IMG/VR virus record: IMGVR_UViG_3300017987_005500
Origin: a virus
Lineage: Duplodnaviria > Heunggongvirae > Uroviricota > Caudoviricetes
Strand: one strand, 5' to 3'
Length of the DNA stretch: 64,000 nucleotides
Part shown: positions 47,750 to 58,343 of the stretch, piece after piece
How positions within the stretch are numbered: the stretch's first letter is position 1
Layout of the letters: every line of letters begins with the position of its first letter
Made by a program: the position numbers and the translations under genes
Notes under the pieces: model-generated
What the model was told of the DNA's origin: nothing
Database searches by the model: none
The model's input: only the letters and a program-made list of their open reading frames with translations

Positions 47750-47810
47750 ACTTTGTAATAACGAGTATCCAATATTACTTTTAGTAACAAAATTAAAAGG
47801 AAATATATGT

Positions 47811-49064
47811 ATGAAATTATCGAGTGAACAAGAAAATGTAACGTCCATTTTGACTAAATGGGCGATGAGGAGAGTGAAACCAAATAACGACCCATTATTA
47901 GATAATTACACAACAATGGGTGGTTATGCGGGCACTGGAAAGACGACATTAATAGCTGAATTAAGACGACGAATATATAATCAAGCGCCAGGACTTAATG
48001 TGGCATTTGTGACATTTACAGGAAAAGCTTCTTTGGTACTTGACACTAAATTACAAGAAGCTGGAGTTGTAAGAAATAATGATTATGTAGGTACTATTCA
48101 TAGACTTATTTATAGACCAATTTTCTCAGAAGATAAACAAAAGGTAGTTGGATGGGAACCTAGATATAAGGGTGAATTGGAATGTGATTTAATAATAATT
48201 GATGAAGCTTCTATGGTTTCAAAGAAGATATGGGATGATTTAATTTATTATGAAATTCCAATAATTGCCATTGGAGATCATGGACAGCTTCCTCCAATTG
48301 GTGATGCATTCTCATTAATGCAAAATCCAAATATGGCATTAACACAAGTTCATAGACAAGCATTGAATCATCCAATTATTAAATTATCTATGCACATAAG
48401 GAAATATGGGTTTATTCCAAATGGATTATTTGAAGATGACATTCCATTGAAAGAGCAGAGAGTATTTAAACTCAGCTGGAATAATGATCCAATGTGTCAA
48501 AGAGTATTCAATAAAATTCAATTCGATGATGAAAAGAATGATGTTATTGCTTTATGTGGCATGAATAGGACGAGAGTTGGTATTAACAACCTTATAAGAA
48601 ATATGATTGGAAATACTGAAAATTATCCTTATGCAAATGACAAAGTTGTTTGTCTAAAGAATAACTATGATACAAAAATATTCAATGGACAGATAGGAAG
48701 TGTTGCTGGATTTGTCACACATTTCAATGATGAATTATATAACATGACTATTGACTTTGGTTATGAGGAAATGATAGAATGTCTTGTGCATAAGCATTGT
48801 TTTGGAATGGAAAATCACAGTGAAATATTCGACAAGATATATGCTGGAGAAATGAAAAAGATGATTTCTTCAACAGGTTTTAATTCAGTTGATTTATGTG
48901 ATTGGGGTTATTGTGTATCTGTTCATAAATCCCAAGGTAGTGAATGGGATAAGGTAATTTTATTTGAAGAAAGATCACAACATTGGGATGATGATTTTTA
49001 TAAGCGCTGGTTATACACAGCAGTTACCAGAGCAAAAGAGAAATTATTCGTCATTACAAATTGA
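47811..49064 (+). CDS. dda: SF1B helicase (Dda/RecD2-like)
   Basis: GYAGTGKTT, IIDEASM, GDHGQLPP, HRQ, HKSQGSEW, YTAVTRA. Start moved to 47811. Confidence 0.9.
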   Translation: MKLSSEQENVTSILTKWAMRRVKPNNDPLLDNYTTMGGYAGTGKTTLIAELRRRIYNQAPGLNVAFVTFTGKASLVLDTKLQEAGVVRNNDYVGTIHRLIYRPIFSEDKQKVVGWEPRYKGELECDLIIIDEASMVSKKIWDDLIYYEIPIIAIGDHGQLPPIGDAFSLMQNPNMALTQVHRQALNHPIIKLSMHIRKYGFIPNGLFEDDIPLKEQRVFKLSWNNDPMCQRVFNKIQFDDEKNDVIALCGMNRTRVGINNLIRNMIGNTENYPYANDKVVCLKNNYDTKIFNGQIGSVAGFVTHFNDELYNMTIDFGYEEMIECLVHKHCFGMENHSEIFDKIYAGEMKKMISSTGFNSVDLCDWGYCVSVHKSQGSEWDKVILFEERSQHWDDDFYKRWLYTAVTRAKEKLFVITN

Positions 49065-49125
49065 GAAATAAAATATTTTCATAAGAACATAAACTAAAAT
49101 AAACATTATTAGTGAGGTATGTCTT

Positions 49126-49527
49126 ATGAAGATTAAGCAAATTAAAGCTTTAGTGGAAGAGACATTAGAGATCAACGCGGTTACTATCATGGAAACATAT
49201 GATAAATCTGGAGATACTTATTATTTATGTGATGGGGTGATTATAATAATCCATCATTCTAAACAACAGATCAATCTATGTTTCCATGTCGCGATGAGAC
49301 CAGACACAGCAGCATTAATTTCAATTGCACTGACAAAGATTCGATATCCATTTATTTTTAGTCTTCCATTTATATATGACAAAGATGGAAATGTAGTCGA
49401 CGGAGAAAAAGCTGAAAAATTATTTCAATCAAATTTATCAACAACTATAATAAATGAATTTATGCAAGAGCAACAACAATTACAATTATTAAATATGATT
49501 GTACCTGAAAACACATTAAGTAATTGA
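49126..49527 (+). CDS. Hypothetical protein
   Basis: GAGGT RBS; class B motif at 49084. Confidence 0.65.
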   Translation: MKIKQIKALVEETLEINAVTIMETYDKSGDTYYLCDGVIIIIHHSKQQINLCFHVAMRPDTAALISIALTKIRYPFIFSLPFIYDKDGNVVDGEKAEKLFQSNLSTTIINEFMQEQQQLQLLNMIVPENTLSN

Positions 49528-49538
49528 AGGAGTGAATA

Positions 49539-50507
49539 GTGAGTTTACTTGAAGCGATATGGGTGGATAAATATAGACCGAAATCAATAGACGACGTTGT
49601 ATTTTCGGGTGAACAGAAAGACGACTTTGCGAGATATGTGAAATCAAGAGAAATTCCACATTTATGTTTATATGGTCCTCCAGGAGGAGGAAAAACAACA
49701 ATTGCATTAATTTTAGCATCACCATATGGAGTATTGAATAATCCAAATGATAATTTACTTGAGATAAATGGATCTGCTAAAAGCTCAAGAGGAATTGGAT
49801 TTGTAGAAGATGTAATTGTGCCATTTCTTAAACTTCCTCCAATGGGTAATGATAAACATAAAATTGTTTTTATTGACGAAGCTGATTATTTAACTGATGC
49901 AAGTTTTCATTCATTGAGAAATCCTGTTGAAAGATTTAGTAAAACTACAAGATTTGTTTTCACATGTAACTATGTGTCGAAACTGCCAGAAGCTTTACAA
50001 TCTCGTTTTCAATTTTATGAGTTTAAACAGATGTCAATTGAGTATGTAACAAATCATTGTAAAAATATTTTAGAATCTGAAAAGATTAAATATAAAGAAA
50101 AGGATATACAATATATAGTAAGTAATTTATATCCTGACATAAGAAGGATTGTAAATAGTTTACAAAGATGTTCAGTAACAGGTGAATTGAAAGTTAATAA
50201 GGATGTTGTATTAACTACTGAAAAATTAGTAATTGCAGCTACAATTGAAATTATTGCAGCAATTATGAATAATGAAAATAGTAAAATTGGAAAGAAAGTA
50301 AATGAAATACTGAAGTTAATAAGTGAGAAAGATATTGAATTCAGGAGTTTATATTCTTCTCTTTTTTTTACTAAAAATGTACCCCCGCCAGTTAAAATTA
50401 TTATAAATAAATACACTAATGAACACGGTAGCTGTTTGGTCCCAAATATGCACTTTATGAGTCTTATATTTGATATAATTCAATGTTTAAAAAGTTATGG
50501 AAAATAA
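49539..50507 (+). CDS. Clamp loader AAA+ subunit (T4 gp44/RFC-like)
   Basis: WVDKYRP, GPPGGGKTT, IDEAD, TCNY, LQSR, DIRR. Confidence 0.92.
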   Translation: MSLLEAIWVDKYRPKSIDDVVFSGEQKDDFARYVKSREIPHLCLYGPPGGGKTTIALILASPYGVLNNPNDNLLEINGSAKSSRGIGFVEDVIVPFLKLPPMGNDKHKIVFIDEADYLTDASFHSLRNPVERFSKTTRFVFTCNYVSKLPEALQSRFQFYEFKQMSIEYVTNHCKNILESEKIKYKEKDIQYIVSNLYPDIRRIVNSLQRCSVTGELKVNKDVVLTTEKLVIAATIEIIAAIMNNENSKIGKKVNEILKLISEKDIEFRSLYSSLFFTKNVPPPVKIIINKYTNEHGSCLVPNMHFMSLIFDIIQCLKSYGK

Positions 50508-50509
50508 TT

Positions 50510-51520
50510 ATGTTATGTGAATATGGATGCGGTCAAGAAGCAACTCATCAATTTAGAAATGGTAAATGGTGTTGTTTAAATCATGTAAATAAATGTCCGT
50601 ATGTAAAGAAAAAGTATATAGGGAAAAATTTAAGTATAGAAACTAAAAATAAAATATCAAAAATACATAAAGGAAAAATAGTTAATGAAGAAATTAAGAA
50701 GAAGATGAGTGAATCTCATAAAGGAAAAATAGTTAGTGAAGAAACTAAAAAAAGAATGAGTAAATCTCATAAAGGAAAAATAGTTAGTGAAGAAACTAAA
50801 AAAAGAATGAGTAAATCTCATAAAGGAAGAATAGTAAAAGAATCAACAAGAATTAAAATAGGAAATGCTCATAAAGGAAAAATAGTTAGTAAAAAAACTA
50901 AAAATAAAATGAGTGAATCTCGAAAAGGAAAAATTCCATGGAATAAAGGACATAAATTAAATATACAATATTACATAGATAATTATCCATTATTTTCAAA
51001 AATTGAAGAGATGAGATATAACCCTGATAAACCAGGTGAAAAGGAAATACAAGTACATTGCAAAAATCATAATTGCTCAAATTCAAAAGAACAAAATGGA
51101 TGGTTTACTCCAACTGAAAATCAACTTGATGGAAGACGAAGAGCATTAGAAGATAAAAATGGTAATGGAGGACATTATTTTTATTGTTGTGATGAATGTA
51201 AAGAAGAATGTCCTTTATATGCAAAAAAAGTTTCTCAATTAATTAAAGAAGATCAAATAAAAGCGGGAATTATTAAAAAAGAATATTATACACAATCTGA
51301 ATATAATATTTTGAGAACTGAAGTTTTAGAAAGAGCAGAATATTTATGCGAATATTGTAAAAAAGAAGCTATAGATGTTCATCATATTAAACCACAAAAA
51401 TTAGAACCATTTTTTGCATTAGATCCTGATTATGGAATTGCTTGTTGTAAAGAATGTCATTACAAATATGGACATAAGGATGAATGCTCAACTGGGAAAT
51501 TGGCGAATGAACAATGTTAA
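50510..51520 (+). mobile_element. Free-standing HNH homing endonuclease with tandem NUMOD3 repeats
   Basis: MLCEYGCG; six KGK.VSEETKKRMSKSH-type units; WFTPT module; CEYC..HHIKP..CCKECH. Confidence 0.8.
50720..50821 (+). repeat. Exact 51-nt tandem duplication (NUMOD3 unit)
   Basis: AAAGGAAAAATAGTTAGTGAAGAAACTAAAAAAAGAATGAGTAAATCTCAT occurs twice, with degenerate copies on both sides. Confidence 0.85.
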
Positions 51521-51615
51521 AAACATCAATTATTATATTGTATATATGGTGTTTTATTTTAACAATTATTTTTATATATATTATACAAAAAAATAAATTA
51601 AAGAAAGGTACGAAT

Positions 51616-52050
51616 ATGGAAGATGAAGAAAAATTAAGAAGATTCAATGAGGAAATGGAAAAACAACAATTCACTTCAAATGTAGACCCAAATACAATAG
51701 CTCAAAATCCTCAAGGACCACAAGGTCCTCAAAATACTGCAATTCAAGAGCAAGCACAAATTAGTAATATAATGAATAATCAAGGTCCGCCTCCTTCTCC
51801 AATTCCAACATCATCTGGGAGATGTGAGCAATGTGGTACATATCATCCTCCTATTAAAGATGGAGAAAAATGTCCAGTTGCTCCTGTAAAGGGGCATGAT
51901 GGAGAAGAGCTTGATTTAAATCCTTTTTTTGCACAATTAAAAAATATTTGTATGAGTCAAATTCAACAAAAAGGAATTAAAAATTATAAAAAATTATTTC
52001 AGTTTATAATTATTGAAATTACAAAATCATTGGAAAATTACAGTGAATAA
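51616..52050 (+). CDS. Hypothetical protein with Pro/Gln-rich linker and CxxCxxxH...C zinc motif
   Basis: Start moved to MEDEEK (AAGGT RBS; class A motif at 51573-51582). Confidence 0.65.
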   Translation: MEDEEKLRRFNEEMEKQQFTSNVDPNTIAQNPQGPQGPQNTAIQEQAQISNIMNNQGPPPSPIPTSSGRCEQCGTYHPPIKDGEKCPVAPVKGHDGEELDLNPFFAQLKNICMSQIQQKGIKNYKKLFQFIIIEITKSLENYSE

Positions 52051-52339
52051 TCCATTTTGTCAATCAAGAATTAATACATCTCATTATGAAGCAATACGTG
52101 ATAATGAGAATTTAAATGAAAGATATATTAGAGTTAGAGAATTAGATTTATATTATAAATGCATTGCATGTGATGGGACAGGATTGGATAATTATTCACA
52201 GTATAAAGACGTAAAGTTATGGGATGGAAAATCAATATGTGAAGTATGTAAAGGTAAAGGAATATTTGATTGGGTTGAAAATACAATGTGTGGATGTAAA
52301 ACAGAAAAAGTTGAAAACAAAGAGGAGGAAATACCATGA
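52043..52339 (+). CDS. DnaJ-type zinc-finger protein
   Basis: CIACDGTG...CEVCKGKG. GTG start assumed. Confidence 0.6.
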   Translation: MNNPFCQSRINTSHYEAIRDNENLNERYIRVRELDLYYKCIACDGTGLDNYSQYKDVKLWDGKSICEVCKGKGIFDWVENTMCGCKTEKVENKEEEIP

Positions 52340-52644
52340 TTAATATTAAACTTTCAGTCACAACCCCATTTCGTGTTGCAATTATATCTTCAATGGTTTT
52401 TATTTTTGCTTGTGTAGCGTCAAATTATGAGTTTGCAAAAGATCCAGGTCCAACTGATAATGAGATTGGAGCAACATATCCGAATTATGAAGTGACAAGT
52501 ATTGAATATTTAGAAGATTGTAATTATATACTTAATATGTATAGTCATGCAGAGGATGTAAGTATAATTATGAATATTGAGTGTGATTGTCAAGGTGATA
52601 AAGCAACTTTATGTAGAGTAATGAATGTTGAGAGAAAAGAATAA
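52336..52644 (+). CDS. Exported protein, possible lipoprotein
   Basis: Hydrophobic stretch ending IFAC. Confidence 0.5.
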   Translation: MINIKLSVTTPFRVAIISSMVFIFACVASNYEFAKDPGPTDNEIGATYPNYEVTSIEYLEDCNYILNMYSHAEDVSIIMNIECDCQGDKATLCRVMNVERKE

Positions 52645-52656
52645 AGGAATTTAAAT

Positions 52657-52932
52657 ATGGAAACACTTGTACAGTTTCCTTGTAAAGAATGTATTGTTAA
52701 AGTTGTTTGTACTGAAGCATGTGAATTATTAGATATTAATTCAAAAAGGTCTAGAATGAATACTTTAATAAAGAAAAATAAATGTCCTGATTGTGGAAAT
52801 ATATTAAGTAGAAGACAAAGTATAAATCATTCCGCAACAATAGGATATTCTAAATGCAATGAATGTGATCATAGATTTAAGTTTATGAACACTGGGAAAG
52901 AATTTCAATTTCTCGAAAGAATGTTCAAATGA
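52657..52932 (+). CDS. Small Cys-rich protein (paralog of 1244)
   Basis: FPCKECIVKVVC...CPDCG...CNECDH. Confidence 0.7.
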   Translation: METLVQFPCKECIVKVVCTEACELLDINSKRSRMNTLIKKNKCPDCGNILSRRQSINHSATIGYSKCNECDHRFKFMNTGKEFQFLERMFK

Positions 52933-53921
52933 TAGGAATATATAAAGATGAATTCCTCGACCTTTTAAAGCAAACTGTCGGAGAACCAATAAAAGTAACT
53001 AATAATCAAATTATATGCAGATGTCCTTGGTGTGAATTTGAGCAAGAAAAGGATCATTATCATTTATGGATTTCATTAGATGCTCCTATATTTAATTGTT
53101 TTCATTGTGCTGATGAAGCTGCTCATAAAGGAATTATAAGTAAGCTTATTAGGAAGTTGCATGGTTCTGACATATCTGACAATTTTGTAGACAGAGATAA
53201 GATAAAAGAATTTATACAGACAAAAGTAAAATTATCAAATGTAGTTGATAAAAAAGTAGAGTTAAGCATTCCCCCATTACAAGAAGAATTATATTCGCAT
53301 AAAGCGAGTTATTTAAGAGGAAGGTTGAAATACTCTGATGTAGAACTCAATTCAATAAAAGGATTAATATTTGATATTCAACAATTTATAAATATAAATC
53401 CAATTCCAATAACAGACACATTAGAAAGACTTCAACCATTTCTTCATAGCAACTTCATAGGATTTTTAACTGAAAATAATTCAACATTAATTTTAAGAAA
53501 TATAGATCCTACATCATCATTTAGGTATTATAAATTAAAAATATCTGATGGATTATTTTTAGATTATTATAAAATCAAAGGATTTAATCCAAATTCAAAA
53601 AATATAGTATTAGCGGAAGGAATTTTTGATATATTCTCAGAGCAAATTTTTGATCATTTAGGACTCAGACAAGATATTTTATTATATGCAACAACTAACT
53701 CAAAGAAATTTCATACATTGGTAAAAAGTATTGTATTTAATGAGTCCATATTTAGACCAAATGTTTATATATTATCAGATCGTGGTATAAATATTGAAGA
53801 GTATAAAAAGATGGCACATTACAATAAACATCTAATTAATTCGCTAATAGTGTATTACAATAAAATTGGAAAAGACTTCAATGATGTTCCATGTATTGTT
53901 GAAAAAATACAAATAAAATAG
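52929..53921 (+). CDS. DNA primase (zinc finger plus TOPRIM, T4 gp61-like)
   Basis: CPWC...HL...CFHC; LAEGIFD; KDFND. Confidence 0.8.
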   Translation: MIGIYKDEFLDLLKQTVGEPIKVTNNQIICRCPWCEFEQEKDHYHLWISLDAPIFNCFHCADEAAHKGIISKLIRKLHGSDISDNFVDRDKIKEFIQTKVKLSNVVDKKVELSIPPLQEELYSHKASYLRGRLKYSDVELNSIKGLIFDIQQFININPIPITDTLERLQPFLHSNFIGFLTENNSTLILRNIDPTSSFRYYKLKISDGLFLDYYKIKGFNPNSKNIVLAEGIFDIFSEQIFDHLGLRQDILLYATTNSKKFHTLVKSIVFNESIFRPNVYILSDRGINIEEYKKMAHYNKHLINSLIVYYNKIGKDFNDVPCIVEKIQIK

Positions 53922-53990
53922 GGTTGCTATTAATAAAAAAGAGAACTAAATTAAAAAAGGACATGTTATATAATAGACGGGAGGAAGTTA

Positions 53991-54380
53991 ATGGGAGAAC
54001 GACAACAGGAAAAACTTTTAGCACTATTTGAAAAATGTAAAGATAGTGGTGATTTAGTTGAGGGAAAGATTGAGGATATTAATTATTTTAATTTGATGAG
54101 TAGAGCAGGAACCTCGGGTAAATTAGAGACTTGGGGAGATATGCATGTATGTGCATATAAGTATGATTTTTTGCGAAAACCATCAATTTTAATGATTATA
54201 AGCATTCCAATTAACTCAGCTAAAGAGTCTTGTACAAGTAAAAATATTGCTGAAAGAATTATGGAGATAGTTAAAGACTCGGAGTTATGTTTTACGACAT
54301 TAGATTTTAATACCTCAACCGAAATAAAGAAGGAGAAGTTTATTTATATAACATTGGTAAAAGTCATTGAGGAGGAATGA
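53991..54380 (+). CDS. Hypothetical protein
   Basis: GGAGG RBS; class B-like motif at 53942. Confidence 0.65.
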   Translation: MGERQQEKLLALFEKCKDSGDLVEGKIEDINYFNLMSRAGTSGKLETWGDMHVCAYKYDFLRKPSILMIISIPINSAKESCTSKNIAERIMEIVKDSELCFTTLDFNTSTEIKKEKFIYITLVKVIEEE

Positions 54381-54555
54381 TGAACGGAGCAACCACAAAA
54401 TTTTTAAGAAGTGTGATAACACCATATCCGAATAAAGTGGTTTTAGATGAATTAATTGGAATCCATGGAGAAGACAATGTTCTTAATGGAAAAATTGATT
54501 TATGGAAAGAAGTCAAGAAAATCTGGCAATCGAAAAATGCAGAGGAGAAAGCACA

Positions 54556-55338
54556 ATGGAGACAAGCGTTACCTTAAGCGGTGAAAATTTTAATGAATTT
54601 CTAAGAGTATTATCTCTTTTGAAAGAAGCATGTAATGATGTAGATGTTAGAGAAGGAATTATCAGACAGAGATCAAATGAAAATTCATGCATCTTTCAAA
54701 TAGATCTGACAACTATGTTTCCTGAAATGGATATTCCTATCACTGACATTAAACAAAAATTTGATCTACTTAAAATATTTTCAGATCAAGAAGTGACTGT
54801 ATCAGTTAATGATGAATATTGCACATTCAATGATCAATTCTCATCATTATCATTCAAAAAACCAAATCTTGATTACATTGATAATAAGTTCATGACAGAA
54901 ACTGAAATCAATGCAACATTTACATTAGACGATGATCACATGCTATTGAGCACTGAAATTCCGACTACAATTTCAGATAGAATCTCAGCAGTAAGACAAG
55001 GTTTCAATGTTGACACAGTTCAGGTAAACCTTCAAGGTGAATTGGCAATGATCACAGCAAAGACACAAGCTAAAGATCAGAGTGCTAAATTGATGGAAGG
55101 TATTGTAACTGAAATGACTATTCACAGCAAGACAGACCTTTTAATTGTTCCATTTATTATTGACCATGACGGCGATATGGAATTTAAGATGTTTAATGTA
55201 CAAGAAGGTGTTGCTGTAAACAAATTCGATACCTCAATTGGTGATATGGACATTATTGTTTATAGTCGCTCAAGTTTAGAGGAAGTTGAAGCTACTGAAA
55301 CTCCAGCACCGCCTGCTGATGGAGCAGCTCCATTTTAA
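54556..55338 (+). CDS. Sliding clamp-like protein (T4 gp45/PCNA fold)
   Basis: About 260 aa, acidic, repeating beta-alpha-beta pattern; near clamp loader and primase. Start moved to 54556 (GAGGAG). Confidence 0.6.
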   Translation: METSVTLSGENFNEFLRVLSLLKEACNDVDVREGIIRQRSNENSCIFQIDLTTMFPEMDIPITDIKQKFDLLKIFSDQEVTVSVNDEYCTFNDQFSSLSFKKPNLDYIDNKFMTETEINATFTLDDDHMLLSTEIPTTISDRISAVRQGFNVDTVQVNLQGELAMITAKTQAKDQSAKLMEGIVTEMTIHSKTDLLIVPFIIDHDGDMEFKMFNVQEGVAVNKFDTSIGDMDIIVYSRSSLEEVEATETPAPPADGAAPF

Positions 55339-55340
55339 AT

Positions 55341-55382
55341 ATGCATCCAACCATACTATTATCCTATAAGAACAAATATTAA
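55341..55382 (+). pseudogene. Orphaned former 5' end of the RNase H gene
   Basis: MHPTILLSY versus MHPASLLAY at 56466. Confidence 0.65.
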
Positions 55383-55395
55383 AAAGGATAATAGT

Positions 55396-56466
55396 ATGGA
55401 ATGTAAATATGGTTGTGGTAATGAAGGAAAATATCAAAATAAACAGGGTGAATGGACTTGTTCTAAATATTGGCAACAATGTCCAGTAAAAAGAAAACAA
55501 ACATCTGAGATATCAAAAAGAACTCATAATACAAAAGAGTTTAAAGAAAAAGCAAAAATAAATGCAATTAATCAATTTAAAAATGAATCTTTAATTGATA
55601 GACAAAATAGAATTAGAAAAGTTAAACAAACTTGCAATTCAAAAGAATTTATTGAAAATAGTAGAAATAGGTCTATTGAAATATGGAAAGATGAAGAATT
55701 AAAAAATAAAATGTTAGAAGGTATAAGGAAATCTAAAAAAGATCCTACATATAGAAAATTAGCTTCTAATGCTGCTAAAAAAAGATTTAAAAATGAAACA
55801 CCTGAAGAAAAATTAAAAAGAAGTTTATTAGCAAAAGAAAAATCTAAACAATATTTTGATAATGAAACTGATGATCAAAAATTAAAAAGAATAAGATCTA
55901 AAAAAAGAACTATTGAAAAGATTAATAAAAAATACCCTCTGTTTTCAAAAATTGAAGAGATGAGATATAATCCAGATAAACCTGGAGAAATTCAAGTTCA
56001 TTGTACTTATGGAGAATGTAAAAATAGCAAAGAAAATAATGGATGGTTCACTCCAACAAATAAACAAATTGAAATGAGAATTACATCGTTAGAAAAACAA
56101 AGTTATGATGGTTCATATTTTTATTGCTCAGATGATTGTAAAGATAAATGTTGTTTATATCACTCTAAAGGAATATTATATAACAAAAGTAAATTTGAAC
56201 AATATATACATAATGTTTATAAACTTACAGAAAGAACGTTGAAGAAACATAAAATTGAAAATTTGCATTTACGAGGAATAAAATTTAATTATGATTTGGA
56301 TCATAATTATTCTATTTATGATGGTTTTATGAATGATATAGATCCAAAAATTATATCACATTGGAAAAATTTGAGAGTAATACCATCAAGTGAAAATAGA
56401 AGCAAAGGAAATAAATCAACTATTACATTAAATAACTTACTACAAATAACTAAGGAAACTAACTAA
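55396..56466 (+). mobile_element. Free-standing HNH homing endonuclease (CxYGC, WFTPT module, type-2 HNH)
   Basis: CKYGCG; YPLFSKIEEMRYNPDKPG; LDHNYSIYDGF...NLRVIP..EN..K. Confidence 0.8.
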
Positions 56467-57608
56467 TGCATCCTGCATCACTTTTGGCATACTATCCGTC
56501 ATTCGGAATTTTAGACGAGATATTATCTTACGGAGAATATAATCAGCTAAATCTATATATTGATTTAAAGAATTGTTTACAAACAACTTATATGGAACAT
56601 GCTGTAATAAATATTATTGAATCAACAGAGAGATCTCAATATTTTGATACATCTGTATTTTCATCATTAATATCATTCCTTGCATTTCATAAAAGATTTA
56701 CTTTAAATAGAAAAGTCAAATTGAATTTTTATATATTTTTTGAGACAGGAAGATCATTATATCATAAAAATATAAGCAAGACATATAAGGTAGGTAGACG
56801 AATTGATGAACTCTATGGTTTGGACAATGCTAAAAGAGAGACCTTTTATAATACACTACAAAAGAATTTTCAACTTATTGAAATGGCATGTAATAAAATT
56901 CCAAATACAAATGTAATAAGACTTAAGAATTTAGAAGCTGACTTCATTCCTTATTATTTAACTAAGAGAAAAATAGTCGATAGATCTCCTAATGTAGCAC
57001 ATGTAATATATTCAAATGATCATGATTTACTACAATGTTTAGATGAAGATGTATTTGTATTTCAAAAAGTAATGTCAAAAGTTAAACGAATTGCTAAATC
57101 AGGAATGGCAATGGATTTAGAATTGAAAAAGAAAACTTCAATTGAAGATGAATTTCAACCATTAGCTATGGCGATTATTGGAGATCCTGGGGATGATGTT
57201 ATAGGAATTAAAGGAATTGGTCCAGCAACTTTCATAAAATGTTTTCCTGAAATTATGAAATTAGTAGGAAGTATGGATAAATTATATGAAAATATCCTTA
57301 ATGGAGAACCTATATTCGATCTTTCTCAACTCAAGATTCCGAACAAAAATACACAGAAAATTATCAAAGCTGAACAGGATGATAAAACAGTATCTAATAA
57401 TTTAAAATTAGTTTCATTTGAATTATTATCAAGAGCAATTGAAAATCCTGACAGTATTGAAATGGTAGAAAGATCAAAACAAATTAATAGACTTATAAGA
57501 AATAAAGAGATAGCAAACATTGAAGCTTTGCAAATGTCATTATCCAAAGTTGGAGTAGAGTTGGAACATAAAGCTCTTGACATTTTATATCATCAAAATA
57601 CAAGTTGA
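56466..57608 (+). CDS. rnh: 5'-3' exonuclease / T4 RNase H-like flap nuclease
   Basis: YK..R, LEADF, SNDHDLLQ, GDPGDDVIGIKGIG. Confidence 0.85.
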   Translation: MHPASLLAYYPSFGILDEILSYGEYNQLNLYIDLKNCLQTTYMEHAVINIIESTERSQYFDTSVFSSLISFLAFHKRFTLNRKVKLNFYIFFETGRSLYHKNISKTYKVGRRIDELYGLDNAKRETFYNTLQKNFQLIEMACNKIPNTNVIRLKNLEADFIPYYLTKRKIVDRSPNVAHVIYSNDHDLLQCLDEDVFVFQKVMSKVKRIAKSGMAMDLELKKKTSIEDEFQPLAMAIIGDPGDDVIGIKGIGPATFIKCFPEIMKLVGSMDKLYENILNGEPIFDLSQLKIPNKNTQKIIKAEQDDKTVSNNLKLVSFELLSRAIENPDSIEMVERSKQINRLIRNKEIANIEALQMSLSKVGVELEHKALDILYHQNTS

Positions 57609-57618
57609 GGAGTATGTT

Positions 57619-58338
57619 ATGTTAAATGAATCATTAGTCTTAGAGTATGTTAAAGCTGAATTAGGATTTCCTTTTCAACCCTTAGAATTTGATGACAAAA
57701 CAATCCTTGAACACATTCAAAAATTCACAATTCCTACCTTCTCTCATTACTCACCACAAAAGAAAAAAATGAGTTTAAGTTTTAATAATACTCGAGCTCA
57801 AGTCGAAGGAAGACGTAATGAATATTATTTAGAAGAACCTCATGGACTTGAAATTTTGAATGTGGTTGATGTACTGTTTAATCAATCCGGACTAATTATT
57901 CATGGACATCCACCTATGAGTTCATTCTCTCAAATAGGTTTGAGAAATTGGGCACTTGATGTTGAAACTTCAATGACACAAAAAATGTTCTCAACATGGG
58001 ATTATACTCATGAATTTGAACATCCAAATATTATAAGAATAAGTCCTACCCCAACACCTACATTTAGTCGATGTACGATTGAATACGAAAGGATGCAACC
58101 CATTGACTTCAGAGGGATTGATAACGATCTTAGGACCCCATTTTTGGAGTTAGCACTCGCTGATACAATGATTCGTATAGGTCGAATTAGAAAGAGATAT
58201 GGTGATGGTCAATTAAGAACTCCATTTGGAGAAATTCCTTTAAGTGCTGAAATATTAGATGAAGGTAAAGAAAAACGAAGAGAAGTAATTGAACAATTAG
58301 AGAAAGCAACACCTAACGTTATAATTGACTTTGGATAA
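57619..58338 (+). CDS. Putative neck/head-completion protein (T4 gp13-like)
   Basis: LEYVKAELGFP...LEFDD.TI; terminal IGRIRKRY...PFGEI.L.AE..DEG..R. Confidence 0.6.
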   Translation: MLNESLVLEYVKAELGFPFQPLEFDDKTILEHIQKFTIPTFSHYSPQKKKMSLSFNNTRAQVEGRRNEYYLEEPHGLEILNVVDVLFNQSGLIIHGHPPMSSFSQIGLRNWALDVETSMTQKMFSTWDYTHEFEHPNIIRISPTPTPTFSRCTIEYERMQPIDFRGIDNDLRTPFLELALADTMIRIGRIRKRYGDGQLRTPFGEIPLSAEILDEGKEKRREVIEQLEKATPNVIIDFG

Positions 58339-58343
58339 ATAAA

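Noticed and set aside
2532-56466. Group I introns or inteins housing the endonucleases
   Set aside because: The ORFs abut or overlap intact neighbours, leaving no room for a ribozyme core, and no host gene needs splicing.
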